Positions 1-8,306 of a DNA stretch of 64,000 nt are shown piece after piece. The DNA is from an uncultured Pelagibacteraceae bacterium (GTDB lineage: Bacteria; Pseudomonadota; Alphaproteobacteria; Pelagibacterales; Pelagibacteraceae). Each line of letters begins with the position of its first letter. Position 1 is the stretch's first letter. The DNA lies in assembly GCA_902599105.1 (NCBI GenBank), contig CACKDY010000002.1, positions 38,717 through 102,716 on the forward strand. The letters are read 5' to 3'. The notes under the pieces were generated by a model. The model had not been told where the DNA came from and did no database searches. It saw only the letters and a list, made by a program, of their open reading frames with translations. The position numbers and the translations under genes were made by a program.

Positions 1-578
1 TCTGTATCGACACCTAAAATTTTAGCAGCTCTAGCATTTTGTGCAGTAGCTCTAATAGCTCGACCAAGCTTAGATTTTTTCATGTAAATTACTAGACATA
101 TTGCGAATAAAATACTTATAAAAGCTGAAAAAAGTTTTGAGTTTGGCAACACAACATTATTATTAAATAACATAGTTGTTCCATAATCTGAGTTTGCAAG
201 TACAACGTCAGCACCAAATGCAAAATTCATTAATTGCATGAACAGAATACTTATTCCAAAAGTTGCTAATATGGAGATAAATAAGTCTCTATCCACTACT
301 TTGTTAATAACCAGTTTGTAAATTAGTACACCTAAAAAATACATTATTACTGGTGCTACAATTACACCCCATGCTGGATGAATACCGTAGAGATACATAA
401 AGTAAGCAATATACCCTCCTAGAATAACAAGATCTCCTTGTGCAATATTAATTATGTTCATTACTCCCCATTGAAGAGCCATTCCGTACGCAATCAATGC
501 AAATAAAATTCCAAGTAGGATTCCATCCAAGCAAGCTTGGACCGTTATCATCGGATATTGGAAAACCATGAAATCCAT
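1..578 (-). CDS. livH: Branched-chain amino acid ABC transporter permease (LivH-like), runs off the left edge
   Basis: Own translation from ATG at 578: MDFMVFQYPMITVQACLDGILLGILFALIAYGMALQWGVMNIINIAQGD, a typical LivH N-terminus; lies downstream of the binding protein gene. Confidence 0.85.
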   Translation of the reverse strand, partial: MDFMVFQYPMITVQACLDGILLGILFALIAYGMALQWGVMNIINIAQGDLVILGGYIAYFMYLYGIHPAWGVIVAPVIMYFLGVLIYKLVINKVVDRDLFISILATFGISILFMQLMNFAFGADVVLANSDYGTTMLFNNNVVLPNSKLFSAFISILFAICLVIYMKKSKLGRAIRATAQNARAAKILGVDT

Positions 579-598
579 AAAAAGTATTTGGGTTATAT

Positions 599-629
599 AA
601 AAAAAAGCCCCCTAATACTAGGGGGCTTT
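599..629 (-). terminator. Intrinsic terminator / mRNA-stabilising hairpin after the binding protein gene
   Basis: Perfect 11-bp inverted repeat AAAGCCCCCTA / TAGGGGGCTTT (604-629), followed by a U-run on the minus strand. Confidence 0.8.
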
Positions 630-642
630 GTTATTTTTTATT

Positions 643-1881
643 TTATCTTTCTGACCACTTAGGAACAGGATGTATTAACTTAGCTGATGCCCATTTAGTT
701 GGCGCAACAACTTTGTTCTCACATTTTCCTGAGTCATCGCACATTACTTGGAAAAGTACCATAGGTTTGTCAACATTTTGACCACCAGGTGCAAATTTTA
801 TATTTCCATAGAATGTTTGCATGTTAGTAGCTGCAAGAGCATCTCTTACTTTTTTCTGATCAAACGAATTTGCTCTTTCAAAAGCATCTTTAAATACTAA
901 CAGTGCAGCAGAAGATTCTGCAGATTGATAAGGTGGATCATATCCAAACTCTTTCTCAAAATCGGCCGCATAGGTCATTCCATCTTTAAAGAAATTATCT
1001 TTATATGTTAATGTTTTGTGCCATTGAGAAGCGCATAAAGCATATTGTGAGTTTTTACCATGCTGTTTAGATAGCTTGGCAGCATCACAGTGAGTCATAG
1101 CCAACATCGGAACATCTACCTTCATTTCAGCAATTTGTCTAATTGCAGTAAGTGCACCTTTTGTATGACCTGATACAACAAGAACATCTGGCTTCATCTG
1201 TTTCACTTTTACTAATGTAGCAGCCATATCGTTTAACTCTTTTGGTAACTTATCATCTATTACCTTTTTTGAGCCAGTTCTTTTAATTGCATCTAAAACT
1301 CCCAATCTAACATCTTGAGAAAACGCATCTTGTTCAAATGCCATTGCTACCGTCACTGGTTTTCCATTATTCTTTTCAACTGCTAAATCAATAGCAACAT
1401 CAAGATACAAATTAGCTGGAGCTAATACAGCAAATAGATATTTGTAACCTTTTGTAAACAAAGATCTAGATGCACCATTTGCTTCAACCATTGGAACACC
1501 ATATTTTTCAGTAACCGGTGCAATCGCTTTAGTTAAACCAGAACTGTAAGGGCCAAGCATAAACTCAACACCATCTTGTGAAATTAATCTTTCTGCAAGC
1601 TGTGCAGCTCTCTTAGGGTTTGACTCATCATCATAATAAATAATATCAAACTTATAAGTTTTTCCACCAACTTTGACGCCACCCATGCTGTTAATTCTGT
1701 CAACGGCCATGTTGTAACCATTTTGAGTATGAACACCATTCGATGAGTATTTACCAGTTAGAGAAATAGCAGCACCTAAAATAATTTTGTCACCAACAAC
1801 TTTTGCAAATGATACAACAGAAGTTGAAAATAAAATTACTAATGCAGAAACAAAACTTAAAATTATTTTATTTAATCGCAT
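643..1881 (-). CDS. Branched-chain amino acid-type ABC transporter substrate-binding protein (LivJ/LivK family)
   Basis: Signal peptide; IILGAAISLTG, YDDESNP, LGPYSS motifs; SD GAGGA upstream. Confidence 0.9.
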   Translation of the reverse strand: MRLNKIILSFVSALVILFSTSVVSFAKVVGDKIILGAAISLTGKYSSNGVHTQNGYNMAVDRINSMGGVKVGGKTYKFDIIYYDDESNPKRAAQLAERLISQDGVEFMLGPYSSGLTKAIAPVTEKYGVPMVEANGASRSLFTKGYKYLFAVLAPANLYLDVAIDLAVEKNNGKPVTVAMAFEQDAFSQDVRLGVLDAIKRTGSKKVIDDKLPKELNDMAATLVKVKQMKPDVLVVSGHTKGALTAIRQIAEMKVDVPMLAMTHCDAAKLSKQHGKNSQYALCASQWHKTLTYKDNFFKDGMTYAADFEKEFGYDPPYQSAESSAALLVFKDAFERANSFDQKKVRDALAATNMQTFYGNIKFAPGGQNVDKPMVLFQVMCDDSGKCENKVVAPTKWASAKLIHPVPKWSER

Positions 1882-1967
1882 TTTATTTCCTCTTTAATTA
1901 ATTAATTATAAACTGATTAAATAAAGAAATTTTATTTTATGCAAGTGGCAATAAGAGCCAAAATCGG

Positions 1968-2582
1968 TCAATATTGTTGTGTTATTAAGATTATTGCCGC
2001 AATAATAACTAAAACACTCGCAGAAATTGTATTTATTGTTTTTGGATTTGCAGTGATCCACTTAATTAATTTCTGTGCGAGCATTGCGTAACCAATTAAA
2101 GATAAAAAATCTAAAACGATGTAAGTTGTAATTAAAATTACAAATTGAGCTAATAAGTTTGAATTAAAGTCAATAAATTGAGGAAAAATAAAAGGAAAAA
2201 ACATCCAAGCCTTTGGACTTGTGCCAGCAACTAAAAAACCATCTCTAAAAAAAGATAAGTTACTTTTTTCTATTTCTCCTTCATTTGAAATCCTTTTTGG
2301 TCGAGATTTATAAATATCATAGGCTAAATATAATAAATAAATTATTCCTATCCACTTAAATGCATTAAGTATTGTTGAATTATCTGAAAAAAAAGATCCA
2401 ATAACAAAAATAACTAAAGTTGCCTGAATTAAATTTGCAGTTATATCGCCTAAAGCAGACCATACACATTTACCAACACCATAATTCATTGAATAAGAGA
2501 TAATTACGATTCTAGGAGTTCCAGGGGTAATAAATAAAAATATTATAATTTGTAAATAAAGAATAAAATCTAGAGGGAGCAT
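1968..2582 (-). CDS. LysE/RhtB family amino acid exporter
   Basis: ITPG motif, KWIG..YLLYLAY, F..GFLV...SPK; about 6 TM segments. Confidence 0.9.
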   Translation of the reverse strand: MLPLDFILYLQIIIFLFITPGTPRIVIISYSMNYGVGKCVWSALGDITANLIQATLVIFVIGSFFSDNSTILNAFKWIGIIYLLYLAYDIYKSRPKRISNEGEIEKSNLSFFRDGFLVAGTSPKAWMFFPFIFPQFIDFNSNLLAQFVILITTYIVLDFLSLIGYAMLAQKLIKWITANPKTINTISASVLVIIAAIILITQQY

Positions 2583-2637
2583 AAAAAAAGATAGTCCTTA
2601 AAAACCGGGAGCTAAAGATGGCTAAGAAGGACTATCT
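2583..2637 (-). promoter_or_regulatory. Structured 5' leader (hairpin plus U7) directly before the rhtB-like start codon
   Basis: 11-bp stem AGATAGTCCTT / AAGGACTATCT with an inner AGCC/GGUU helix; U7 abuts the ATG. Confidence 0.6.
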
Positions 2638-2699
2638 AGAACATAATATCAAAGGGTAAAAAAAATGCATTAAATATTTTTTTCAAATATAAAGGATTT

Positions 2700-2996
2700 A
2701 TGAAAAAAAAAGGTCACAGGCCAATTACTAAAGTCAAAAATCCAGAACCCAAAATGGACGATCCTGATTGGATCATTTGGGCAGCTTGGGCAGACAGAAT
2801 AACTTTTGAAGAAATTGAAAAAAAGACTGGAAAGGAGGAATCTGATGTAATTAAAATTATGAGGAGATCTCTAAAACCATCATCGTTTAGATTGTGGAGA
2901 AAAAGAGTAAATCAAAAAAGTATTAAACATCGTAAAAAGTTTGAATATTCTAGAAAAGAAATTACTAGTAAAATTAAAAAAGGTGATTATCTATAA
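2700..2996 (+). CDS. TIGR03643 family protein
   Basis: AW.DR.TFEEI ... VIKIMRRSLKPSSFRLWRKRV signature; SD AAGGA. Confidence 0.8.
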   Translation: MKKKGHRPITKVKNPEPKMDDPDWIIWAAWADRITFEEIEKKTGKEESDVIKIMRRSLKPSSFRLWRKRVNQKSIKHRKKFEYSRKEITSKIKKGDYL

Positions 2997-2999
2997 TTT

Positions 3000-3257
3000 A
3001 TGAAAAAAATTACCATGTATACTGGTCCTTTTTGTAATTATTGTGAAGCAGCCAAAAGATTATTAGCAAGAAATAATGCAACATATAATGAAATTGATAT
3101 TTCAAAAGTTGATGGAGCTATGGATGAAATGATAAAAAAGGCTAATGGTAGAAGAACAATTCCCCAGATCTTTTTTGATGAAGAGCATATCGGTGGTTAT
3201 GATGAAGTTAGAGCTTTAGAAAAAGAGAATAAACTTCAAGATCTTTTAAAAAATTAA
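3000..3257 (+). CDS. grxC: Glutaredoxin 3
   Basis: CNYC active site; RTIPQIF..EEHIGGYD motif. Confidence 0.92.
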   Translation: MKKITMYTGPFCNYCEAAKRLLARNNATYNEIDISKVDGAMDEMIKKANGRRTIPQIFFDEEHIGGYDEVRALEKENKLQDLLKN

Positions 3258-3426
3258 TTTCTTTCCCCTTCAGCTAACTGTTTCTTTGCTTTTAAAATTT
3301 AATCTTTTATTTTAACTCTAACTTAATAATTGTTTTCTTAGTCTTGAGCTAAAAAATATAGGACTTTTGCCATCAAATAATTATTTTAAAGTTCAAGTCG
3401 AATGCTGATATGATCTGTAATAAAAA

Positions 3427-4296
3427 TTATTTAATTGTAATAGTGACTATTGGCTCTTCCGGATAAAATGAACACATTCCATCATTGGCTGAAGGTGTAC
3501 CATCACCCTCGCTGTTACTAACCTCTTGTACTCCTATAGCATTTCTTGTTCCAAAAGAAATGTCAATTGTTGGAGGTATTAAAGCAACTGTATATGGTGA
3601 TGATAATGCATAAACTAATTGAATATCATCAGTAGTCAATGATGATCTCATAGTTCGCATTGCTATTGCTGAGGTTAGTTCAGATGCATCTTTAGCATAA
3701 TTCCAATTCCAACTTGTATTTTTTTGTGAACAATTTGCATTGAAGCATTGTGTGTAATTCGCAGTATTTTCATCTGATTGTCTTCCATTAGTCATATATA
3801 AATTCATTTCTGCATTTGTACCGCCTTCAGCTACTGCAACTTTGTGAGTATACTTATCAGTTGCCTCATCGTTTTGATATTGTGAGTCGGCAGTTGCAAT
3901 AGTAGCGCAGTTATCAGTATCACTTGATCCACCAGTATCGATTGCACTCTCAGATTTAATTATAAATTTTCTATCAATAGTAACTCTCAAATGTGTGTAA
4001 GTTTCACCTAGCGGTAATAAAGCAGTGTCTCCATAACTTGCTGCAGCTGAACCTGCATTAACAGATGCTATATCTACTACTTTATCTCCACTACCAAGCA
4101 CAACTGCGTTATGGCATGCGTCCGCGGTGTGGACATTATCGAAATCTACAACAGTGTAACCAGTGCATAATTCTATTTTTCTCATTGTAACCTTATAAAC
4201 ATCTGCATTTCCTGTAGCTGTTGCAGCTTGTACTGTCTCAAAATTTAGTATCAAAAAGGATAAACTTATCATTAATAATTTATAAATATTTTTCAT
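3427..4296 (-). CDS. Secreted hypothetical protein (T/S/D/N/A-rich, 6 Cys)
   Basis: Signal peptide ending VQA-A; beta-rich extracellular composition; start overlaps the upstream stop (TAATG). Confidence 0.8.
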   Translation of the reverse strand: MKNIYKLLMISLSFLILNFETVQAATATGNADVYKVTMRKIELCTGYTVVDFDNVHTADACHNAVVLGSGDKVVDIASVNAGSAAASYGDTALLPLGETYTHLRVTIDRKFIIKSESAIDTGGSSDTDNCATIATADSQYQNDEATDKYTHKVAVAEGGTNAEMNLYMTNGRQSDENTANYTQCFNANCSQKNTSWNWNYAKDASELTSAIAMRTMRSSLTTDDIQLVYALSSPYTVALIPPTIDISFGTRNAIGVQEVSNSEGDGTPSANDGMCSFYPEEPIVTITIK

Positions 4297-5144
4297 TAAT
4301 CTGTTCTAGATATTGTTGCTGATCCTTTAAACTCAATCATAATTTTATTGTTTCTTTTAACTTTCGACAAAAGCTCGCCTGACATGTCTTTGTTTTCTTT
4401 CCATGCTATGTTTGCAATCCCATCTTTTGCACTTGGCCCTTCTTTTGGGGGATGCATAAACATTATTCTAGCATACCATTCATCCTCAATACCTCTTTTC
4501 TTTTTATCATCATATGCAATTTCTAAATTTATATTTGGTGTGAACTGTATTTCTGAACCCATTTTAGCTCCTTCAACATCTTCTCTGTCTACACCTTTCC
4601 ATTTATAAGTATTGTAAAATATATCTGCCCAATGTAGGTATGGAATTTGAGATTCAAATCTTAAATCATATCCATCTAGTACTTTTTCATCAGGTCCATC
4701 TCCCAAACCTTTGTAGTAATTGCCATAAAATTCTAATACTGCGTTTCTTGCCTCAACTCCTAAACTAGTTCTTATATTTCCGTGACTGTCATAATCAAAA
4801 AAAATATTAGAGCCTGTTAAAATTAATTTATCATCGCTAAGATTTCTTTTTCCAAACCCTAAATTACCAACAACTCTATCATCATTATTTTGCTCAGTAT
4901 TAAACAAAGAAAATTGAGTGAAAATATTTCCTGTTAAAGATTTTTCTAATTCTCTCACAGCAAGAATACTAAAATCTGGACTATTATTTTCTCTTAAATC
5001 TATACTTACTTCTGTAATCCCATTGCCTGGAATTAAATTAGAAAAATAATCATTTACTTTAGCAGAAATTTTATCTGAAACATCCGCATATACATTAAAA
5101 ATCAGAGAATATATAATTATGATCGAATAAAAATATTTTTTCAT
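4296..5144 (-). CDS. Inverse autotransporter (intimin/invasin-type) beta-barrel protein with no passenger domain
   Basis: Signal peptide; GNLGFGKR, GSNIFFDYD, R.SLGVE, GNYY, VLDGYD, and KVKRNNKIMIEFK (intimin-like RNNxIxxEY linker). Confidence 0.8.
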   Translation of the reverse strand: MKKYFYSIIIIYSLIFNVYADVSDKISAKVNDYFSNLIPGNGITEVSIDLRENNSPDFSILAVRELEKSLTGNIFTQFSLFNTEQNNDDRVVGNLGFGKRNLSDDKLILTGSNIFFDYDSHGNIRTSLGVEARNAVLEFYGNYYKGLGDGPDEKVLDGYDLRFESQIPYLHWADIFYNTYKWKGVDREDVEGAKMGSEIQFTPNINLEIAYDDKKKRGIEDEWYARIMFMHPPKEGPSAKDGIANIAWKENKDMSGELLSKVKRNNKIMIEFKGSATISRTD

Positions 5145-5150
5145 TACCTT

Positions 5151-5178
5151 ATTATAATTTAATTTATTTTCCTTACAA
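5151..5178 (-). promoter_or_regulatory. sigma70-like promoter of the barrel/secreted-protein cassette
   Basis: TTGTAA-N16-TATAAT ending 6 nt before the ATG at 5144. Confidence 0.55.
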
Positions 5179-5187
5179 TAAATACAT

Positions 5188-5562
5188 TTAAATTTTAGGT
5201 TTGAATACTAAACAAACACCATTATTACAAAATCTTTTTCCTGTAGGTTTGGGTCCATCATCAAATATATGACCATGATGTCCTCCACAATTTTTACAAT
5301 GGTATTCAGTTCTTGCATATCCTATATAGTGATCTGTTTTGGTTTCAAATACATCAGGCAAAGATTCATAAAAAGAAGGCCAGCCTGACCCACTCTCATA
5401 TTTTGTTTTTGAATCAAATAACTTTTCATCACAATTTGCACAATGAAAACTTCCTTCTCTTTTTTCATTATTGAGTTCACTCGAACCTGCACGCTCGGTC
5501 CCCTCCTCAAATAAAATTAATTTTTGCTCAGCTGTTAAATTTGGATTTATTTTTTTTGTCAT
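5188..5562 (-). CDS. msrB: Peptide-methionine (R)-S-oxide reductase
   Basis: GTER, CxxC pairs, SGSGWPSF, GHIF.DGP.PTG.RFCNN. Confidence 0.95.
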   Translation of the reverse strand: MTKKINPNLTAEQKLILFEEGTERAGSSELNNEKREGSFHCANCDEKLFDSKTKYESGSGWPSFYESLPDVFETKTDHYIGYARTEYHCKNCGGHHGHIFDDGPKPTGKRFCNNGVCLVFKPKI

Positions 5563-6458
5563 TATCCTAAATATTTAGCACAAGATTGATGCAAGATTGA
5601 ATGTAATTCAACAAGTTTTTTGAAATCCTTGTTATAGCCTCCACCTAAAACTCCGCAAAATGGTATTCTTCTAGAAAAAAAGTTTTCTACTACTAGCTCG
5701 TCTCTCAATTTAATACCTTCATCAGAAATTTTTAATTTACCTAATCTGTCATTAAAATGAATATCAACACCAGCTATATAAAAAACAAAATCAAAATTTT
5801 CTTGATTTAACTTTCTTAAGTAATGTTTTAGTGTTTTAATGTAAGAATCATCCTCTAAATCGTCCTCAAGCTCTATATCTAAATCACTATTTGATTTTTT
5901 AGCAGGATAGTTAGTTTTGGAATGCATACTAAAAGTAAAAACGCTTCTATTATTTTTAAAAATTTCTGAATTCCCATTTCCTTGATGAACGTCTAAATCA
6001 ACAATTAGTATTTTATTGGCAAGACCTCTATTGAGTAAATAGTGTGATGCAACTGCAACATCATTAAATACACAGTATCCAGCCCCACCATCATAATTTG
6101 CATGATGACTGCCTCCAGCAGTATTACAGGATATTCCATAATTTATTGCAAGTTTAGATGCTAGTACTGTACCACCTGTAGCAACTAATGATCTTTGCAC
6201 AACACTATCTACAAGTGGAAAACCTATTTTTTTTACTCCCTCTTTACTTAAAGTTTTATTTTTAATATCTAAAATATAATTTTTTGAATGTGCATAGCTT
6301 AATGTTTCAAATGAGCAGGCTGAGGGTCTATGAAATTTACTTACTATTTTGTTTTGAGTTAAGTAGTTTGCTAATTCTCCAAATTTGTTAATTGGAAATT
6401 TATGATCATCACCAATTTTAGCAAAATAATCCTCGTGATTAACAATCGGTAGTTCCAT
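5562..6458 (-). CDS. Histone deacetylase family protein (Zn-dependent amidohydrolase)
   Basis: HKFP, GGSHHA, GYCVFND, DLDVHQGNG, GGGY; start moved to ATG 6458 (MELPIV) to avoid overlap. Confidence 0.9.
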   Translation of the reverse strand: MELPIVNHEDYFAKIGDDHKFPINKFGELANYLTQNKIVSKFHRPSACSFETLSYAHSKNYILDIKNKTLSKEGVKKIGFPLVDSVVQRSLVATGGTVLASKLAINYGISCNTAGGSHHANYDGGAGYCVFNDVAVASHYLLNRGLANKILIVDLDVHQGNGNSEIFKNNRSVFTFSMHSKTNYPAKKSNSDLDIELEDDLEDDSYIKTLKHYLRKLNQENFDFVFYIAGVDIHFNDRLGKLKISDEGIKLRDELVVENFFSRRIPFCGVLGGGYNKDFKKLVELHSILHQSCAKYLG

Positions 6459-6460
6459 TT

Positions 6461-7411
6461 TTATTCTAGAACTCTGATAGGCTTTCCATTTACACAAGCC
6501 TCTAGTCCTTCAATCATTTGATTATAAAAAATACTATAATTTTCAGCTGTTACATAACCTATGTGCGGTGTAAGCAGTGCATTGGGTAAAAATCGAAGTT
6601 TGTTATTCTCTGGTAAAGGCTCTTTGTCATAAACATCTATTCCTGCTCCTGCAATTACATTAGTTGATAATGCTATAATTAAATCATCTTCATTAACAAT
6701 AGGTCCTCTAGAAGTATTTATTAAAAAAGCTGTTTTTTTCATTTTATCAAATTCTTTTATGGTAATGCAATCTTTGTATCTTTCGCCTCCTTGAACGTGA
6801 ATTGAAAGTACATCAGAATTTGTAATTAAGTCATCTTTGCTACAAGGGAGTACACCTAATTCTTTGCACTTATCTAAACTTAAGTTTTCACTCCAGGCCA
6901 TTACTTGCATTCCAAAAGCTTTTCCAATTTTAGCTACCTCCGTACCTACTCTTCCTAAACCAATTAAACCTAGAATTTTTCCCTTCAATTCTACACCTAT
7001 AGTTGTTTGCCAATAACCCTGGTACATATTATCAAACTCTTCCTTAAAATTTCTTGCTAAACCAAGAATAAGTGCCCAAGTCAATTCAGGTGTTGGATTT
7101 AAATTTATATCTGTTCCACAAACTGTAATTTTTCTTTTCTTTGCTGCCTCCAAATCAATAGATTTATTACGTAATCCACTTGTGATAACAAATTTTAAAT
7201 CATTTAAATTATTAATTAAATTTTTTGTAATTGGAGTTCTTTCTCTCATTATTAGTAAAGCTTCAAAATTAGCCAACTGCTCAATTGCGTCTGATTCATC
7301 CAAAAATGGTTCACTGAAAATTTTAAACTCATATTTTCCTGAAAGTTTTTCTAAATCTACAAATTGTTGAGCAACGTTTTGATAATCATCTAATATAGCA
7401 ACTTTAAGCAT
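6461..7411 (-). CDS. D-2-hydroxyacid dehydrogenase family protein
   Basis: ILDDYQ, MRERT, GLGRVG, INTSRG, TPHIGY. Confidence 0.92.
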   Translation of the reverse strand: MLKVAILDDYQNVAQQFVDLEKLSGKYEFKIFSEPFLDESDAIEQLANFEALLIMRERTPITKNLINNLNDLKFVITSGLRNKSIDLEAAKKRKITVCGTDINLNPTPELTWALILGLARNFKEEFDNMYQGYWQTTIGVELKGKILGLIGLGRVGTEVAKIGKAFGMQVMAWSENLSLDKCKELGVLPCSKDDLITNSDVLSIHVQGGERYKDCITIKEFDKMKKTAFLINTSRGPIVNEDDLIIALSTNVIAGAGIDVYDKEPLPENNKLRFLPNALLTPHIGYVTAENYSIFYNQMIEGLEACVNGKPIRVLE

Positions 7412-8306
7412 TTTTAACTTTCTTATTTGATAACAAAATACCTGTAATAATGAAACAAGCGCCTAAAATATGATAAAACATAAATTTTTCATTGAAAAAA
7501 ATCATCGCCATTATGGCACTCAAAATTGGCATTAGGTGCAAGAAAACACCAGATCTGTTTGCACCAATCATAGATATTCCTTTTATCCACAAAAGAAATG
7601 ATGCCAAACCTGGAAACAAAACTACATAAAACAAGATTAAAATAAATGGTAATTCTAAATTAGTTCTAAATCCAATTTTGTATTCAATGAAGTAAACTGG
7701 AATTAAAAATATTAAACCAAAAGTGATTACTACTTGAAGTAATGAAATTTGAGTTAACTCGTATTTTTTTCCTTTTAACAACGTTGAATATAAAGCCCAT
7801 GAGAACATTGCTATTACCATAGTAATATCACCTTTGTTAAAGTCTAAATTTTTTAATATTTCCAAATTTGCTTTGGTTATAATCATGATCACACCAGCAA
7901 AAGAAAAAATTACTCCTATAATCTGAAAAAAATTTGTTTTTTCAATTTTTAAAATTGATGAAAACAACATTATCATTACAGGTATAGTTGAAATCATTAA
8001 TACTCCGCTGATAACTTGAGTAAAATTTAGAGAATAATAAACAATAGAATTGAATACTGTAATGCTTGTAACTCCTAGGATAATAAAAAGTTTATAGTTT
8101 TTTATAATGTAATTTTTTTTTTCTAATATTTCTGGAATTGTAAAAGGTGCTAAAATTAACCACGCAAAAAACCATCTATAAAAGTTTAATGAAAAAGGTG
8201 GTACCTGATAAAAGCTTGCAAGTTTTCCAACTACAAAGTTTCCTGCCCAAAACGTAACTGTCAAAAAAAGATATAAATAGGCTAAAAAGTTATTATCTCT
8301 TGTCAC
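7404..8306 (-). CDS. DMT/EamA family transporter
   Basis: FWAGNFVVGK, about 10 TM segments in two EamA repeats. Confidence 0.9.
   Translation of the reverse strand: MTRDNNFLAYLYLFLTVTFWAGNFVVGKLASFYQVPPFSLNFYRWFFAWLILAPFTIPEILEKKNYIIKNYKLFIILGVTSITVFNSIVYYSLNFTQVISGVLMISTIPVMIMLFSSILKIEKTNFFQIIGVIFSFAGVIMIITKANLEILKNLDFNKGDITMVIAMFSWALYSTLLKGKKYELTQISLLQVVITFGLIFLIPVYFIEYKIGFRTNLELPFILILFYVVLFPGLASFLLWIKGISMIGANRSGVFLHLMPILSAIMAMIFFNEKFMFYHILGACFIITGILLSNKKVKNA

Noticed and set aside
1947-1971. 10-bp-period G(G/C/T)CAA repeats upstream of the Liv binding protein gene
   Set aside because: Too short and degenerate to distinguish from chance without comparative data
4290-4300. Frameshifted single autotransporter (pseudogene) reading of the barrel and partner genes
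   Set aside because: The downstream ORF begins with its own complete signal peptide and the TAATG overlap is the coupling pattern used throughout the window
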